Shown one piece after another: positions 1-10,552 of a stretch of DNA of 64,000 bases (the first letter of the stretch is position 1; the number at the start of each line of letters is the position of its first letter). This DNA comes from Candidatus Poribacteria bacterium (lineage in GTDB: Bacteria; Poribacteria; WGA-4E; WGA-3G), in assembly GCA_964291315.2 (NCBI GenBank), contig OZ219753.1, positions 1,760,001-1,824,000 on the forward strand. The letters are read 5' to 3'. The position numbers and the translations under genes were made by a program. A model generated the notes under the pieces. That model was not told the origin of the DNA and did not search any database. It saw only the letters and a list, made by a program, of their open reading frames with translations.

Positions 1-451
1 CCCGCTGCATCAATGCTATCTCGGAGGCATCTTTCACCATGCGGAGCTCATCCATAACCGGGGCGATATCTACAACATCAACCATAGGATTTGCCCTTTG
101 AAACATGTTCAATAAGAACGCAGGCGTAGAAAACCACATCTGCACACCAACCGTGAGTTTGTCCTTCTCACCTATCATGCCGCGCATCACCTGAACCACA
201 TCTTTAATTTGTTGACCAACCGAGGCGAAAATCCGAACATCTTCCACACCCAATGAATCCCGGACCTCCGCCTCCTCTCCAGCAAAGGTAATAATAAGTG
301 GCAAGCCTGCCGCCGGAATAATGGCTCGCGGCTGATACCGATCCTCTCCAAAAAAGTAAATATAATCGTCATGCGTTAAGATGAGATAGGCATCAATGCC
401 TTGTTGTTTCATTCGCTCTTGTGCGTTTCGAACCCTTTTGGTATGTAGCAC
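1..451 (-). CDS. Xaa-Pro peptidase (M24) family protein, N-terminal part (runs off window start)
   Basis: Not in ORF track. Manual translation from GTG at 451 (AGGAG 5 nt upstream) gives MLHTKRVRNAQERMKQQGIDAYLILTHDDYIYFFG...DELRMVKDASEIALMQR, i.e. creatinase-N domain plus the LRxxKxxxEI linker. Confidence 0.8.
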   Translation of the reverse strand, partial: MLHTKRVRNAQERMKQQGIDAYLILTHDDYIYFFGEDRYQPRAIIPAAGLPLIITFAGEEAEVRDSLGVEDVRIFASVGQQIKDVVQVMRGMIGEKDKLTVGVQMWFSTPAFLLNMFQRANPMVDVVDIAPVMDELRMVKDASEIALMQR

Positions 452-909
452 AGCAACTCCTGTATTTGCTTTTCTCAAAACCGCCCCTACGAAACCCCGT
501 TACTCTGCGCAGCGGATGACGTAGCCGTTAATGGGTTGTATCAGAAAAATATAGGATACTATATGTATAATCTCGGCGCAACTTCAATCTTAGAAGAAAG
601 CGGATCAGACTCGCGATTGCAAGCAACCCTGGTAGCTTTCAACCAACCCCCGGAACGCCATCATCCGCACCAAAAATCAGGGAATCCACCTTCAGCAGCC
701 TCCCGCATGCTTTCAGGGCGGCGTATATCATATTAAATGTAATGTTTTAAATAGAACCGGTACAATAACATGACATGTATATTTGATGGGGGCCAGATTG
801 TTTTGTAAAGCGCTGACACATTTTTCATGGGCCCCTGACAGGTCAAGGTCTCGCGCCCTATTTTCAGAAGCCGGAGCAAATGAGTAAGGCACGAACAACC
901 TCCTAATGC

Positions 910-1845
910 CTACAAGGCATGATCTCCCGGACAGACACCCTTTACAAAAGTGCCAAAACCGAAGAAGGTCGGTGCATAATCACCAACATAATCGACAACA
1001 CTCTTTTCCGGAATAGCATCTTCTAGTCCCATACACCAATAACACCCGTTGACGAGAAGTCTACGGAGCCCTTCGCTCTCTAGATCGACCGAAGCCCCCA
1101 TCGTTGTGCCGAAGACGCGTGAAGTATTACCCGCATCGCCCGTGTAGGTCTTTATCCACGCCATAGGCATCGTGACCGTATCCGGTTTTGGAGCGTCTGT
1201 CGGCTCCATACCGACCAACACCTGTCCGTGGATAAGAACTTGAGCATCGCCTGTCAATTCCGTTATGCCGTAGACATCGGATGGCCCCCAAACATCGGCA
1301 ACGCCTTTGAGAATCGAATGATCTTTCATCGCCTCGTCAATAACACCGCGCGCACTCTCCTTGCCGTGATGCCCATGATGATTAACCCATGTTTCACCGA
1401 GTACTTGTCTGCCGTATCCACCGTCAAACGTTTTACTGTTAAAACTATATTTTGCATATGGGCTATCAAGATTCCGGCTATAACTGAAAGCGTGTGTCGC
1501 TGTACGAAGCCCCATCACCGGTTTCCCAGCGTTGGTATAGTCAACGATGTACTTCATCTGTTCATCTGGTAGCTCACGGAAACGCGTGAATAGGACCATC
1601 ATATCCGCGGATTCCAAATGGTGGAGTCCAGGAATATTGGTTTGGTTCTCCGGATCAATCTCGCCTGTTTCCGGATCAACAGCGAAAAGCACAGTGCATG
1701 TAAACCCGTGATGTGTGGCTAACACTTTGCCTAACATCGGCAACGCCTCTTCAGAGCGATACTCTTCGTCACCGCTGACAAGAACAATATGTTTTCCCTT
1801 CCCGGGACCTTCGTTTCCTTCGTAAAGAACCCATTCGTTTTTCAT
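910..1845 (-). CDS. ThuA-like (class I glutamine amidotransferase-like) domain protein
   Basis: HIVLVSGDEEYRSEE, LFTRFR, GLRTATHAF, GETWVNHHG motifs. Confidence 0.7.
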   Translation of the reverse strand: MKNEWVLYEGNEGPGKGKHIVLVSGDEEYRSEEALPMLGKVLATHHGFTCTVLFAVDPETGEIDPENQTNIPGLHHLESADMMVLFTRFRELPDEQMKYIVDYTNAGKPVMGLRTATHAFSYSRNLDSPYAKYSFNSKTFDGGYGRQVLGETWVNHHGHHGKESARGVIDEAMKDHSILKGVADVWGPSDVYGITELTGDAQVLIHGQVLVGMEPTDAPKPDTVTMPMAWIKTYTGDAGNTSRVFGTTMGASVDLESEGLRRLLVNGCYWCMGLEDAIPEKSVVDYVGDYAPTFFGFGTFVKGVCPGDHAL

Positions 1846-1961
1846 CAAAAGTTAAACCCCACAAAAATAAGATTTTGTATAAGTATAGCAGATTTTCCAG
1901 AGAAAGTCACCTTGAATCTGTTTACGGAGATGAGACATTCTGGACATATAAGGAAAAGATT

Positions 1962-1990
1962 TTGACAAATATCCGAAATTAGCATAAAAT
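1962..1990 (+). promoter_or_regulatory. sigma70-type promoter upstream of aspartate kinase
   Basis: TTGACA-17 nt-TAAAAT. Confidence 0.6.
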
Positions 1991-2047
1991 TGTGAGGAAT
2001 AACCCGAAAATATTATTCAAAAATACAGTAAAATTGGAGGGACTGGA

Positions 2048-3400
2048 TTGTTAAAAGTATCAAAATTTGGCGGGAGCTCCCTGGCATCGGCACAACAAGT
2101 ACATCAAGTTTGCGACATCATCGCTGCTGATCCCAAACGACGCCTCATCGTTGTCTCCGCACCTGGGAAACGCCACAGCCAAGACATCAAAGTAACAGAC
2201 TTACTCATCGCAGCTGCATCAGAACGACTGACAGGGAAAATCGGGGCATCGGAATGCGCTGAAGTAATCGAACGCTACCGCAACATCGCCTCAGGGTTAG
2301 GGCTCCCCCCTGAAGTTATTAAACCTATCGCCCATAACCTGACAGAACGCCTAGAAAAAAGTACTACCGATGCGAATCTCTATATGGACACGATGAAGGC
2401 GGGCGGGGAAGACAACTGCGCACAACTTATCGCGCAGGCATTGCAAGCCCGCGGCATAGAAGCACACTATGTCAACCCGAAAGATGCAGGACTCATATTG
2501 TCCGATCAACCCGGCAACGCCCAAGTTTTACCCGAAGCCTATAACCGTTTACGCGATCTCAAGGAACGCCCAGGGATCACCGTTTTTCCAGGATTCTTCG
2601 GCTATTCGAAACAAGGGAACATCGTCACTTTTTCACGCGGCGGTTCAGACATCACAGGCGCCATTCTCGCCAGCGCCGTTCGCGCAGAGGTCTATGAGAA
2701 TTTTACAGATGTCGACTCTGTGTTTGCAGCGAATCCAGCTATCGTTAAAAACCCCGCACCCATCGCCCAGCTAACCTACCGTGAAATGCGGGAACTCTCT
2801 TATGCCGGGTTTTCTGTCTTTCACGACGAAGCACTTGAACCCGTCTACCGAGCACAAGTGCCCGTTCATATCCGAAACACGAATAACCCAAAAGCGGAAG
2901 GCACACTGATTATTCCGAACCGCAAGGCAATAGATAGGCCAGTTGTCGGTATCGCAGCAATGGACAGTGTGTGCTGCATCTACCTCAGTAAATATCTAAT
3001 GAATCGCCAAATCGGATTCGGGCGACGCCTACTGCAAATCTTAGAAACCGAAAGCATCTCTTTCGAACATGTGCCATCCGGTATAGACAACATGTCCGTT
3101 ATCATTCGCGAAGAAAATCTGACAGCGCAGAAAGAGAAGAAGGTCGTCGAACAAATCCGACAAACCCTCGCACCTGAAGATGTCTCCGTAGAACGCGGCC
3201 TCTCGCTTATCATGGTCGTTGGAGAAGGCATGCGTCACACTGTCGGAATCGCCTCACGCGCCACACATGCATTAGCAAGCACACACGTTAATATCGAAAT
3301 GATTAACCAAGGCTCTAACGAAGTTAGTATGATGTTCGGCATAAAATCTGAAGATATGCAGACTGCAGTTCAAACACTCTATACCGAATTTTTCGCCTAA
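2048..3400 (+). CDS. lysC: aspartate kinase
   Basis: KFGGSSLA, VVSAPGK, TFSRGGSDITG, TDVD motifs, two C-terminal ACT domains; GGAGG RBS before TTG. Confidence 0.93.
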   Translation: MLKVSKFGGSSLASAQQVHQVCDIIAADPKRRLIVVSAPGKRHSQDIKVTDLLIAAASERLTGKIGASECAEVIERYRNIASGLGLPPEVIKPIAHNLTERLEKSTTDANLYMDTMKAGGEDNCAQLIAQALQARGIEAHYVNPKDAGLILSDQPGNAQVLPEAYNRLRDLKERPGITVFPGFFGYSKQGNIVTFSRGGSDITGAILASAVRAEVYENFTDVDSVFAANPAIVKNPAPIAQLTYREMRELSYAGFSVFHDEALEPVYRAQVPVHIRNTNNPKAEGTLIIPNRKAIDRPVVGIAAMDSVCCIYLSKYLMNRQIGFGRRLLQILETESISFEHVPSGIDNMSVIIREENLTAQKEKKVVEQIRQTLAPEDVSVERGLSLIMVVGEGMRHTVGIASRATHALASTHVNIEMINQGSNEVSMMFGIKSEDMQTAVQTLYTEFFA

Positions 3401-3411
3401 AGGAGACCCTT

Positions 3412-4251
3412 ATGAAAATTACCGTGCAACCTGAAGAACTGGCTGCCGAAAAATTGACAGACGCACACGTTGAACAAGCCGTAAACGCAATATCTGTCGA
3501 TGGTTACATCATCTTGGAAAATGTCGTCAATCATGAACACTTGGATGTCTTGCGGGAGCGGATGGACGCCGATTCGCAAATCTTAATTGAAGCAGAAAAA
3601 TGGGGCGGAGCAGGCAGACTCGCAGGCCATCTCCAGCAGGGGCCACCCCCCTGTGCGCCCTATATTTTCACAGACATCGTCGCGAACCCCTATGTCGTGC
3701 AGGTAACACAAGAACTGCTCGGTCCAGGGCTCTATAATAACTTTTACAATGGCAATACAAATTGCCCCGGTAGCATAACACAACCACTTCACAGAGACGG
3801 ATCACACCTCTGGCCAAACCAAGAGATAGCACATCCGACGGCAGAAGTTGTTGTCAATATCTCTCCACAAGATACAACAGAGGAAAATGGAAGCGTGGAA
3901 CTCTGGCCCGGTTCACATCTAATAGTTAGTGGACGAAGGATAGAGAAAGAAGAAGAGGAAACCCGCCGGAAAATCTGTCCGCCCCTCCGTGGAAACGCAA
4001 AAAAAGGGAGCATCCTCATCCGAGATATCCGACTATGGCACCGAGGAGTTCCCAACTTATCTCATAAACCTCGACATATGGTAGCTATGATTTACCGCGC
4101 CTCTTGGCTGAAGTCCAACCGTAAATTAAAGTATAAAACTGGCTGCGAAAACGCTTTTAAAAACAGCGAGCTCGACCATAATGCTGAGTTCCTCGACTTC
4201 GTTAACCCCAAAATAGATGAATATGATTATCTTTTTAACCCACGCTTCTAA
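3412..4251 (+). CDS. phytanoyl-CoA dioxygenase (PhyH) family Fe(II)/2OG dioxygenase
   Basis: QPLHRD (HxD), ENGSVELWPGSH, WHRG, R motifs. Confidence 0.85.
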   Translation: MKITVQPEELAAEKLTDAHVEQAVNAISVDGYIILENVVNHEHLDVLRERMDADSQILIEAEKWGGAGRLAGHLQQGPPPCAPYIFTDIVANPYVVQVTQELLGPGLYNNFYNGNTNCPGSITQPLHRDGSHLWPNQEIAHPTAEVVVNISPQDTTEENGSVELWPGSHLIVSGRRIEKEEEETRRKICPPLRGNAKKGSILIRDIRLWHRGVPNLSHKPRHMVAMIYRASWLKSNRKLKYKTGCENAFKNSELDHNAEFLDFVNPKIDEYDYLFNPRF

Positions 4252-4301
4252 ATCCTACAAACGATACTATCTCCCTCTTTGAGCCCAAAGCGGAGGTTAC
4301 T

Positions 4302-5138
4302 ATGAACGCCCAAGACCAGTGGCTCCCTGCTGAGCCTGACCTGCAAACAGTCTGCAATAAATACAGCAACCCGATTTATGCCCTCTCCCAAGCCGAAATG
4401 CCAGCTATCATTCTGAGGAACGCTTACTCAGCCAAACAGTGCCACGGACTCATTACCCGGTTCACAAACATGGGACTAATGCGGGACGAAACCGACACCA
4501 ACTCCACCGATAGGCGCACCCGTATCGACATCGGCACAAGCCTCGGAAACCGCGGCGCAGATAAAGCGAAATTTTTAGCACACGCGAAAGTAACTCATCA
4601 CCTCTTTGAATTCCTATTCAACGGATTTGATAACCCTATTGATCTTATCTATGATGCACTCGCTGCGCTTGCACCAGGAAAAAAAGTAAAAGTAGCACAT
4701 GAACCAGACGGATCCTGCTACGGACCCGCGATCTTCCGCGTCCACTATGAAACACACAGTTATAAACCCCACATCGACCACGTCAAATACCGCGAACAGC
4801 GCACCAATTATGAAGTTTACCGCTTCGAGCATCAATTTGCAGGGGTCTTATGTGTCCAAAACGCTGATGAAAACGGAAAAGGCACACAAGCCATTCTGCA
4901 TCGATGCCTCTGGTCCGATGAGATCCAGCCTTATATCGCCGAGGAAACTTTTGACCAGTACGCCGCTGAAAACGGCACAGAAAACTATCAGGTCAACCTG
5001 AATCAGGGGGACCTCTACTTCTTCAATACCCGGTGTATCCATGAAGTGCCACCTGTTCAAGGCACACAAGCCCGGATTGTCTTGGCTGTGTTTATCGGTT
5101 ATTCTCCTGACGACGATGAAGTATATGTCTGGTCATAA
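4302..5138 (+). CDS. Fe(II)/2OG-dependent oxygenase-like protein
   Basis: HIDH, GDLYFFN..IHEV, distal R; GGAGG RBS. Confidence 0.65.
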   Translation: MNAQDQWLPAEPDLQTVCNKYSNPIYALSQAEMPAIILRNAYSAKQCHGLITRFTNMGLMRDETDTNSTDRRTRIDIGTSLGNRGADKAKFLAHAKVTHHLFEFLFNGFDNPIDLIYDALAALAPGKKVKVAHEPDGSCYGPAIFRVHYETHSYKPHIDHVKYREQRTNYEVYRFEHQFAGVLCVQNADENGKGTQAILHRCLWSDEIQPYIAEETFDQYAAENGTENYQVNLNQGDLYFFNTRCIHEVPPVQGTQARIVLAVFIGYSPDDDEVYVWS

Positions 5139-5361
5139 TCCTTTTTCTCACCCCACCATTTTTCGAAGCTGAAAAACCGAATCTGTTCACTGAATGCACA
5201 GATATTATCAAGAGTATTGCCCTCAGTCTAGATGGAAAAATATTCACAACAGTGCGGTATCTGGACAAAACGGACCTGTTTTTCTTGACTCTTTTACAAA
5301 AATGGTATCATTAACCTGAGCGTGATAAAGAGCTATTATATCGTGCGCCGAACTCATGCAC

Positions 5362-6057
5362 TTACAACAACGCCTCAGCCAACCCCATAAAATCGTTCAC
5401 TGTTACATCGGGTTGATAAGGCGTATCCTCATACGGCAACTTATAGCGATTCACAAACGCCCCCTTATATCCGCAGGCCCGCGCCCCCAAAATGTCAAAT
5501 GAATTTGCAGAAACCATCAGACATTCGCTGACTTCAAGCCCTAACCTCCTCGCAGCTTCACGATAGACTGCAGGATGCGGTTTAAACGCCCCGACCGATG
5601 TAACCGAGATTACGGCGTCAAAATCCCAGACGACCCGCTCCCTAACGAGATATTCTAAAAAGGACGGATCCCCGTTAGACAAAACCACCAACTGATACCG
5701 AGATTTCAACGCAGATAACGCAGACATCACCTCTGGAAATGGCGAAAGGAAGCGCCAGCCATGCATAAATTCTTCTACTGTTTCAGAAGTCGCATCAATC
5801 CCGTTTGCTCTCAGGACGTAGTGTACTGCGCGACGAACGGTCTCCAGATAACCGCTATGACCGAGCATCACAATCGTATCTTGATACTGTTCAATCCGTT
5901 GACGATACCGCCACTGCCGCCAGAATTCATCCGCTGATACATCCGCAGCACGCGCCTTCAGCAATTCATCAATGAACGGCGTGAGACTACCCCCTAAATC
6001 CAAAATCGTGCCAAACAGGTCAAAAGTAAGCGCCTTTGTCTCCACAACATCCACCAT
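5362..6057 (-). CDS. haloacid dehalogenase type II (HAD superfamily)
   Basis: FDLFGT, LSNG, FKPHP, VSAN.FDILGA motifs. Confidence 0.85.
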   Translation of the reverse strand: MVDVVETKALTFDLFGTILDLGGSLTPFIDELLKARAADVSADEFWRQWRYRQRIEQYQDTIVMLGHSGYLETVRRAVHYVLRANGIDATSETVEEFMHGWRFLSPFPEVMSALSALKSRYQLVVLSNGDPSFLEYLVRERVVWDFDAVISVTSVGAFKPHPAVYREAARRLGLEVSECLMVSANSFDILGARACGYKGAFVNRYKLPYEDTPYQPDVTVNDFMGLAEALL

Positions 6058-6149
6058 AATAGTTTCAGTTATCGGTTCAGAGTCGCATGTAGCAGGTCAA
6101 ACGAAACAACTGCTATACACAGACAACCGATAATTATTTAAATCTTTTT

Positions 6150-7175
6150 TTATCCTAACGCCACTGTTCGCCCAGTTGCCATCGCCTCAAATGCAGCATC
6201 AATGACACGCATCTGATTCACGCAGCTTTCCGGCGAAATCCGGTGCGGGTTTCCAGTTGTTAGAACTTCACACATGTGCTCTAACTGCAAGCCGAACTGG
6301 AAACATGGTTCAAAATCAATAACTTCTCTACCCGCTCGTGTGATAAGCTCAAGATTGACCGCTGAATTCTCATTGTTCCAAGCCCGATCAAGCCGACACA
6401 TGCCGCCGGTACCTGACATCTCAACGTATTGTCCACCAGCACAATTAAAACCGGTAGAAATCTGGGCAGTCCGTTCCCCGGGAAATACTAACAATAGATA
6501 GGAAGCATCGTCTACTTCTAACCCGGCTTGAGACGCACCCGACACTCGAATCGGTTCAGCACCAAACATAAACCGTGCATGGTGGATATTGTAACAGGCC
6601 AAATCGTAGATACTACCGCCACCTTTCGCCTTATTAAACCGCCAATTCGCCTCAGGGCGGCGCGTTTCAGCACCACCACCACCGCCACCTGTGCAGAAGG
6701 TACTACGGAGCGTCATAAACGACCCAATTGCACCAGAATCAATTAATTCTTTCGCTTTAAGGTGCATCGGATGATGTCGAAATTTAAACGCCTCTGTGAC
6801 TAAAACACCGTTCTCCTGGGCAGCACCAACAAACGCTTCCGCCTCCGCTGCTGTTGACGTGAAAGGTTTCTCACACAAAATCGCTTTGACGTGGCGGGAT
6901 TCAGAAATCTGGATACCGACCTCAGCGTGAAAGGCACCCCACGTACAGATAATAACGATCTCTAGATCCTCCGCATCTAACATCTCTGCTAAAGAGAGAT
7001 ACCGGTTTTCAAGAGGCACTCCGAAGCGTTCCCCGAAACTAGCTAACGCATTTTCCGATACGTCACAGACCGCCGCCAATTCAGCACTCGGGGCTTGCCG
7101 GCAAGCATCACCGTGAGCATTGGCGATGCCACCTGCTCCGACAAGACCAACACGGTAAGGAGTTTGCGTTGACAT
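6150..7175 (-). CDS. Gfo/Idh/MocA family oxidoreductase
   Basis: GAGGIA Rossmann motif, CEKP, GGGSIYDLACY; ATG 7175 preceded by AAAGGAG. Confidence 0.88.
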   Translation of the reverse strand: MSTQTPYRVGLVGAGGIANAHGDACRQAPSAELAAVCDVSENALASFGERFGVPLENRYLSLAEMLDAEDLEIVIICTWGAFHAEVGIQISESRHVKAILCEKPFTSTAAEAEAFVGAAQENGVLVTEAFKFRHHPMHLKAKELIDSGAIGSFMTLRSTFCTGGGGGGAETRRPEANWRFNKAKGGGSIYDLACYNIHHARFMFGAEPIRVSGASQAGLEVDDASYLLLVFPGERTAQISTGFNCAGGQYVEMSGTGGMCRLDRAWNNENSAVNLELITRAGREVIDFEPCFQFGLQLEHMCEVLTTGNPHRISPESCVNQMRVIDAAFEAMATGRTVALG

Positions 7176-7192
7176 AATATCTCCTTTCTCTG

Positions 7193-7951
7193 TCAAGTCG
7201 CTGTTAAAGGATAACCGTTTTCAACGATCGCTTTTTGCAGGAACTCAAATTCGTACTGTGGTAACGATGCACCCGGCTCCAATTCTGAAAAATCTTTCTT
7301 CCAACGGGCCACCGCGTCTGCTCTTACAACTATCCGCCCTAATGGAATACCTAAGAACTCTTCAAGTTTTTTCAGAACTGCCTCTTGGTGCAAGACAAAA
7401 TCCTCAAAACGGATCTGGATAACATTTTCAGGCAGAGGCGTTGCTTTCATGAGCTTATACTGATAAATCCACGAAATCGCCCGCCTTTCATAGATATCGT
7501 CCGTTTCAGGGTATAAGACCCCAAAATCCCGGAGGTTATCCGTTTTGTGGCTGCCTCGAATACAATCCCGCGGATCCCGAATCCAATGGATAAACTTTAT
7601 GTCTGGAAACATCCGAATTATCCACGGATAGACCAGAGTAGTTTCCGGGAGCTTCCACCCTTTGTGGGCAGCCCGATTCTGAAGTACGTCCGCAAGGTAT
7701 GTATTAACGAGCCGTTCAAATTCCGGATCGATAGCCATTGTAAAAAGTGGACCAAAATCCCACAACAAACCGCCTTGCCATTTAACATATTGCGCCATGA
7801 CACGGCAAGCATCATACATGGCATGCGGCGGAATTTTATCACCAGAGGCGTTAAGTTGACTCCCCATGAAAACCCCGCTGCCATACAACGTGTGAGAAAT
7901 AGCACGCGTCCCAGAATGACCCCGACCAATCACTGTGACCAAATTTTCCAT
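7193..7951 (-). CDS. sulfotransferase family protein
   Basis: GRGHSGT (5'-PSB loop), GWKLP, IRDPRD, IRFEDF. Confidence 0.8.
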   Translation of the reverse strand: MENLVTVIGRGHSGTRAISHTLYGSGVFMGSQLNASGDKIPPHAMYDACRVMAQYVKWQGGLLWDFGPLFTMAIDPEFERLVNTYLADVLQNRAAHKGWKLPETTLVYPWIIRMFPDIKFIHWIRDPRDCIRGSHKTDNLRDFGVLYPETDDIYERRAISWIYQYKLMKATPLPENVIQIRFEDFVLHQEAVLKKLEEFLGIPLGRIVVRADAVARWKKDFSELEPGASLPQYEFEFLQKAIVENGYPLTAT

Positions 7952-8143
7952 AGTAGATATCTATTACACAAAAATGACTTGTTTATTTCCGAAAATTAGA
8001 GCATAATAATTATGAAAACGGACACGCACTACTCACAGATACTCATCCGAGCCCGGCTTCAATTACTCGGAAAACATTGTAGCAAATAGAAAAAATAAAG
8101 CAACCTTTTTTTAATACACGACTTCATATTACGGAGAAAAAAC

Positions 8144-9148
8144 ATGAATAGACCACCCGAAGCCTTTATCCCCGTGGCCGAAGAACGCCTGCTTAACTTC
8201 TCTACCGCTTGCTTTGAGAAAGCCGGCATTACACATGCACACGCAGCACTCATTAGCCGGCTCCTCGTCAATTCTGACCTGCGGGGGGTCCGCAGCCACG
8301 GCACCCGAACCCTCAACGGATACTGCACAGGTTTCGAAAATGGAACTTTTAATCCCAACCCGAACATTCGCGTCATTCATGAAACACCCACTGCTGTCGT
8401 GCTCGACGGGAACGGCACACTCGGCTATCTGCCCATGGTGCGCGCCACGGAACACGCTATCGTCAAAGCCAAAAAGGTAGGCATCGGGATGGGATTAGTC
8501 CGTTATATTGGACACTACGGCTCAGCAGGACACTACGCCCGTATGTGTAACGAAGCCGGGTGTATCGGTTTTTCCGTACAAGGTTATCAGAATCACGGGA
8601 ACGCCGGAAATCAAGACCCAAAGCCGCAGCTCGGCTATTACGGCAATCCGCCTATCTGTTTCGCTATTCCATCTGGTGAAGAACCCCCGGTTGTCCTCGA
8701 CGCAGCAACCTGTATTATGGCCGATTATCAACGCGGCCCCGAATTCGACACCTTGCTTTCACTGATTCCAGCTGCCTTCTTCAAGAGTATCGGTTATACC
8801 GCCGTCGCAAGTCTGCTAGGCGGCGCATTGACCGGTTTCACTGAGCCACCACCGGAAGACACTGCAAAGTGGAAAGGCGGAAGAATGGGCGGCATGGCCC
8901 TCGCAATAGACATTGAATCTGTCGTGCCGATTACCATTTTTCACGCAGAAGTCGATCGGATGGCGCGGGACATCCGCGAAACATACGAACCCATGCCAGG
9001 GACAGATAGTGCATTGCTGCCAGGGGCCATTGAAACGGAATACATGCAAAAACATCGCCATGAAGGAATCCGTTACGGTGAAATGGAGCAAGAATCCGCT
9101 CGCGCAGCCAGTAAACGGTTAGGAGTGCCATTGCCCTGGGACGAATAA
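8144..9148 (+). CDS. Ldh_2 (type 2 malate/L-lactate/sulfolactate dehydrogenase) family oxidoreductase
   Basis: DLRGVRSHG, LDGNGTLG, GHYGSAGHY, GNPPICFAIP, VVLDAAT. Confidence 0.85.
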   Translation: MNRPPEAFIPVAEERLLNFSTACFEKAGITHAHAALISRLLVNSDLRGVRSHGTRTLNGYCTGFENGTFNPNPNIRVIHETPTAVVLDGNGTLGYLPMVRATEHAIVKAKKVGIGMGLVRYIGHYGSAGHYARMCNEAGCIGFSVQGYQNHGNAGNQDPKPQLGYYGNPPICFAIPSGEEPPVVLDAATCIMADYQRGPEFDTLLSLIPAAFFKSIGYTAVASLLGGALTGFTEPPPEDTAKWKGGRMGGMALAIDIESVVPITIFHAEVDRMARDIRETYEPMPGTDSALLPGAIETEYMQKHRHEGIRYGEMEQESARAASKRLGVPLPWDE

Positions 9149-9237
9149 CCTCTATATCGCAGCAAAAAAAAGAAACCCAAGAAAACAGATGATGTAGACA
9201 ACGCACCCGTGTAAACACGTCACACTAAACTTAAACA

Positions 9238-10341
9238 ATGCAGTATCAATGCGTTAAATGCAACAACACATATCAAATTTCACCGATGCGCTACTGCTGT
9301 GATTGCGGCAACGCGCTCAATTTGGTCAGAAATCCGTATGTCTGCCCGAATCCACAGGACCCAGGAGCAACGTCGCTTTGGCTATACCGCGAAGCACTAC
9401 CGATTGATGCTGAAACTGCGATTGTCACCCTCGGTGAAGGTATGACCCCTCTAATTCCACTCGATGCTGATAGCCCCGAACATCTCGTGAAACTGGACTA
9501 TCTCTGTCCAACAGGATCCTACAAAGACCGAGGGGCAGCTGTCCTACTCACACATCTCAAGTCGCTCGGAGTCAAGACAGTTGTCGAAGATTCCTCCGGC
9601 AACGCCGGAGCAGCGATTGCAGCGTATAGCGCGAGAGCCGGGATCCGTTGCACCATCTACTGTCCAGAATCCACTTCAAAACGGAAATTGCAGCAAATTT
9701 CTGCTTACGGTGCCGAGCTAAAACTCGTGAAGGGAAACCGCAGGGCAACAACAGAAGCCGTAAAACTCGCAGCAACCTCTGTCTGCTACGCCTCTCACAA
9801 TTGGCACCCCTTTTTCTTGGAAGGCACAAAAACGCTTGCGTACGAAATCTTTGAACAACTCGGGCGGCGTACACCGACACACGTCATCTGTCCCGTCGGA
9901 TTCGGAAGTATCTACCTGGGACTCTTCATCGGATTTCGGGAATTACAGACACAACGGATCATCGACAACATACCTCGACTGCTCGGGGTTCAACCCGATG
10001 TCTGCTGCCCCATCTACAACGCTTACCTTCAAAACGCAGCCGCTGTCTCAAGAATGAAACAGACAGATAACACGCTTGCTGAAGGCATAACCGCGGAACT
10101 CCCCATCCGAGGTGAGCTGATTTTGGAGGCACTCCGTTCCACAAACGGGGCCTTTACGACAGTTGAGAACGCACATATCAAATTGGGCATGAAAACACTT
10201 GCAACCAAGGGGATTTATGTCGAACCTACATCGGCTGTAGTTGTCAAAGCATATCAACAATTTCAACAGGCAAATATCATCCAAAAAGGGGACCTGACCG
10301 TCTCGATTCTCACCGGCACCGGTTTGAAGACGAGCAAATAG
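9238..10341 (+). CDS. thrC: threonine synthase (PLP fold type II)
   Basis: N-terminal Cys knuckle, TLGEGMTPL, PTGSYKDRG, SSGNAG, EPTSA, LTGTGLK. Confidence 0.8.
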   Translation: MQYQCVKCNNTYQISPMRYCCDCGNALNLVRNPYVCPNPQDPGATSLWLYREALPIDAETAIVTLGEGMTPLIPLDADSPEHLVKLDYLCPTGSYKDRGAAVLLTHLKSLGVKTVVEDSSGNAGAAIAAYSARAGIRCTIYCPESTSKRKLQQISAYGAELKLVKGNRRATTEAVKLAATSVCYASHNWHPFFLEGTKTLAYEIFEQLGRRTPTHVICPVGFGSIYLGLFIGFRELQTQRIIDNIPRLLGVQPDVCCPIYNAYLQNAAAVSRMKQTDNTLAEGITAELPIRGELILEALRSTNGAFTTVENAHIKLGMKTLATKGIYVEPTSAVVVKAYQQFQQANIIQKGDLTVSILTGTGLKTSK

Positions 10342-10552
10342 AAGCCACATGTCGCTAACGTATCGGCACGATTTAAGCAGCATAGATCAAATGAAACACG
10401 TAATCATCACAAGGCATCTACAGAAGCACTTCTGGCTGCCGCTTACATCTTAAATCTTCAAAAATAGATGAAAACCGAACGACTTTATTCGCTTTTTTAT
10501 TCTTAAAAATACCTTAACTACCACAAGCGCTGAGGACGAATAAAAACAAAAC

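Noticed and set aside
1991-2047. Lysine riboswitch before aspartate kinase
   Set aside because: The predicted leader is only about 50 nt and AT-rich, too short.
5285-5311. Orphan promoter TTGACT...TATCAT pointing antisense into the HAD gene
   Set aside because: 15-nt spacer is suboptimal and no downstream sRNA structure could be supported.
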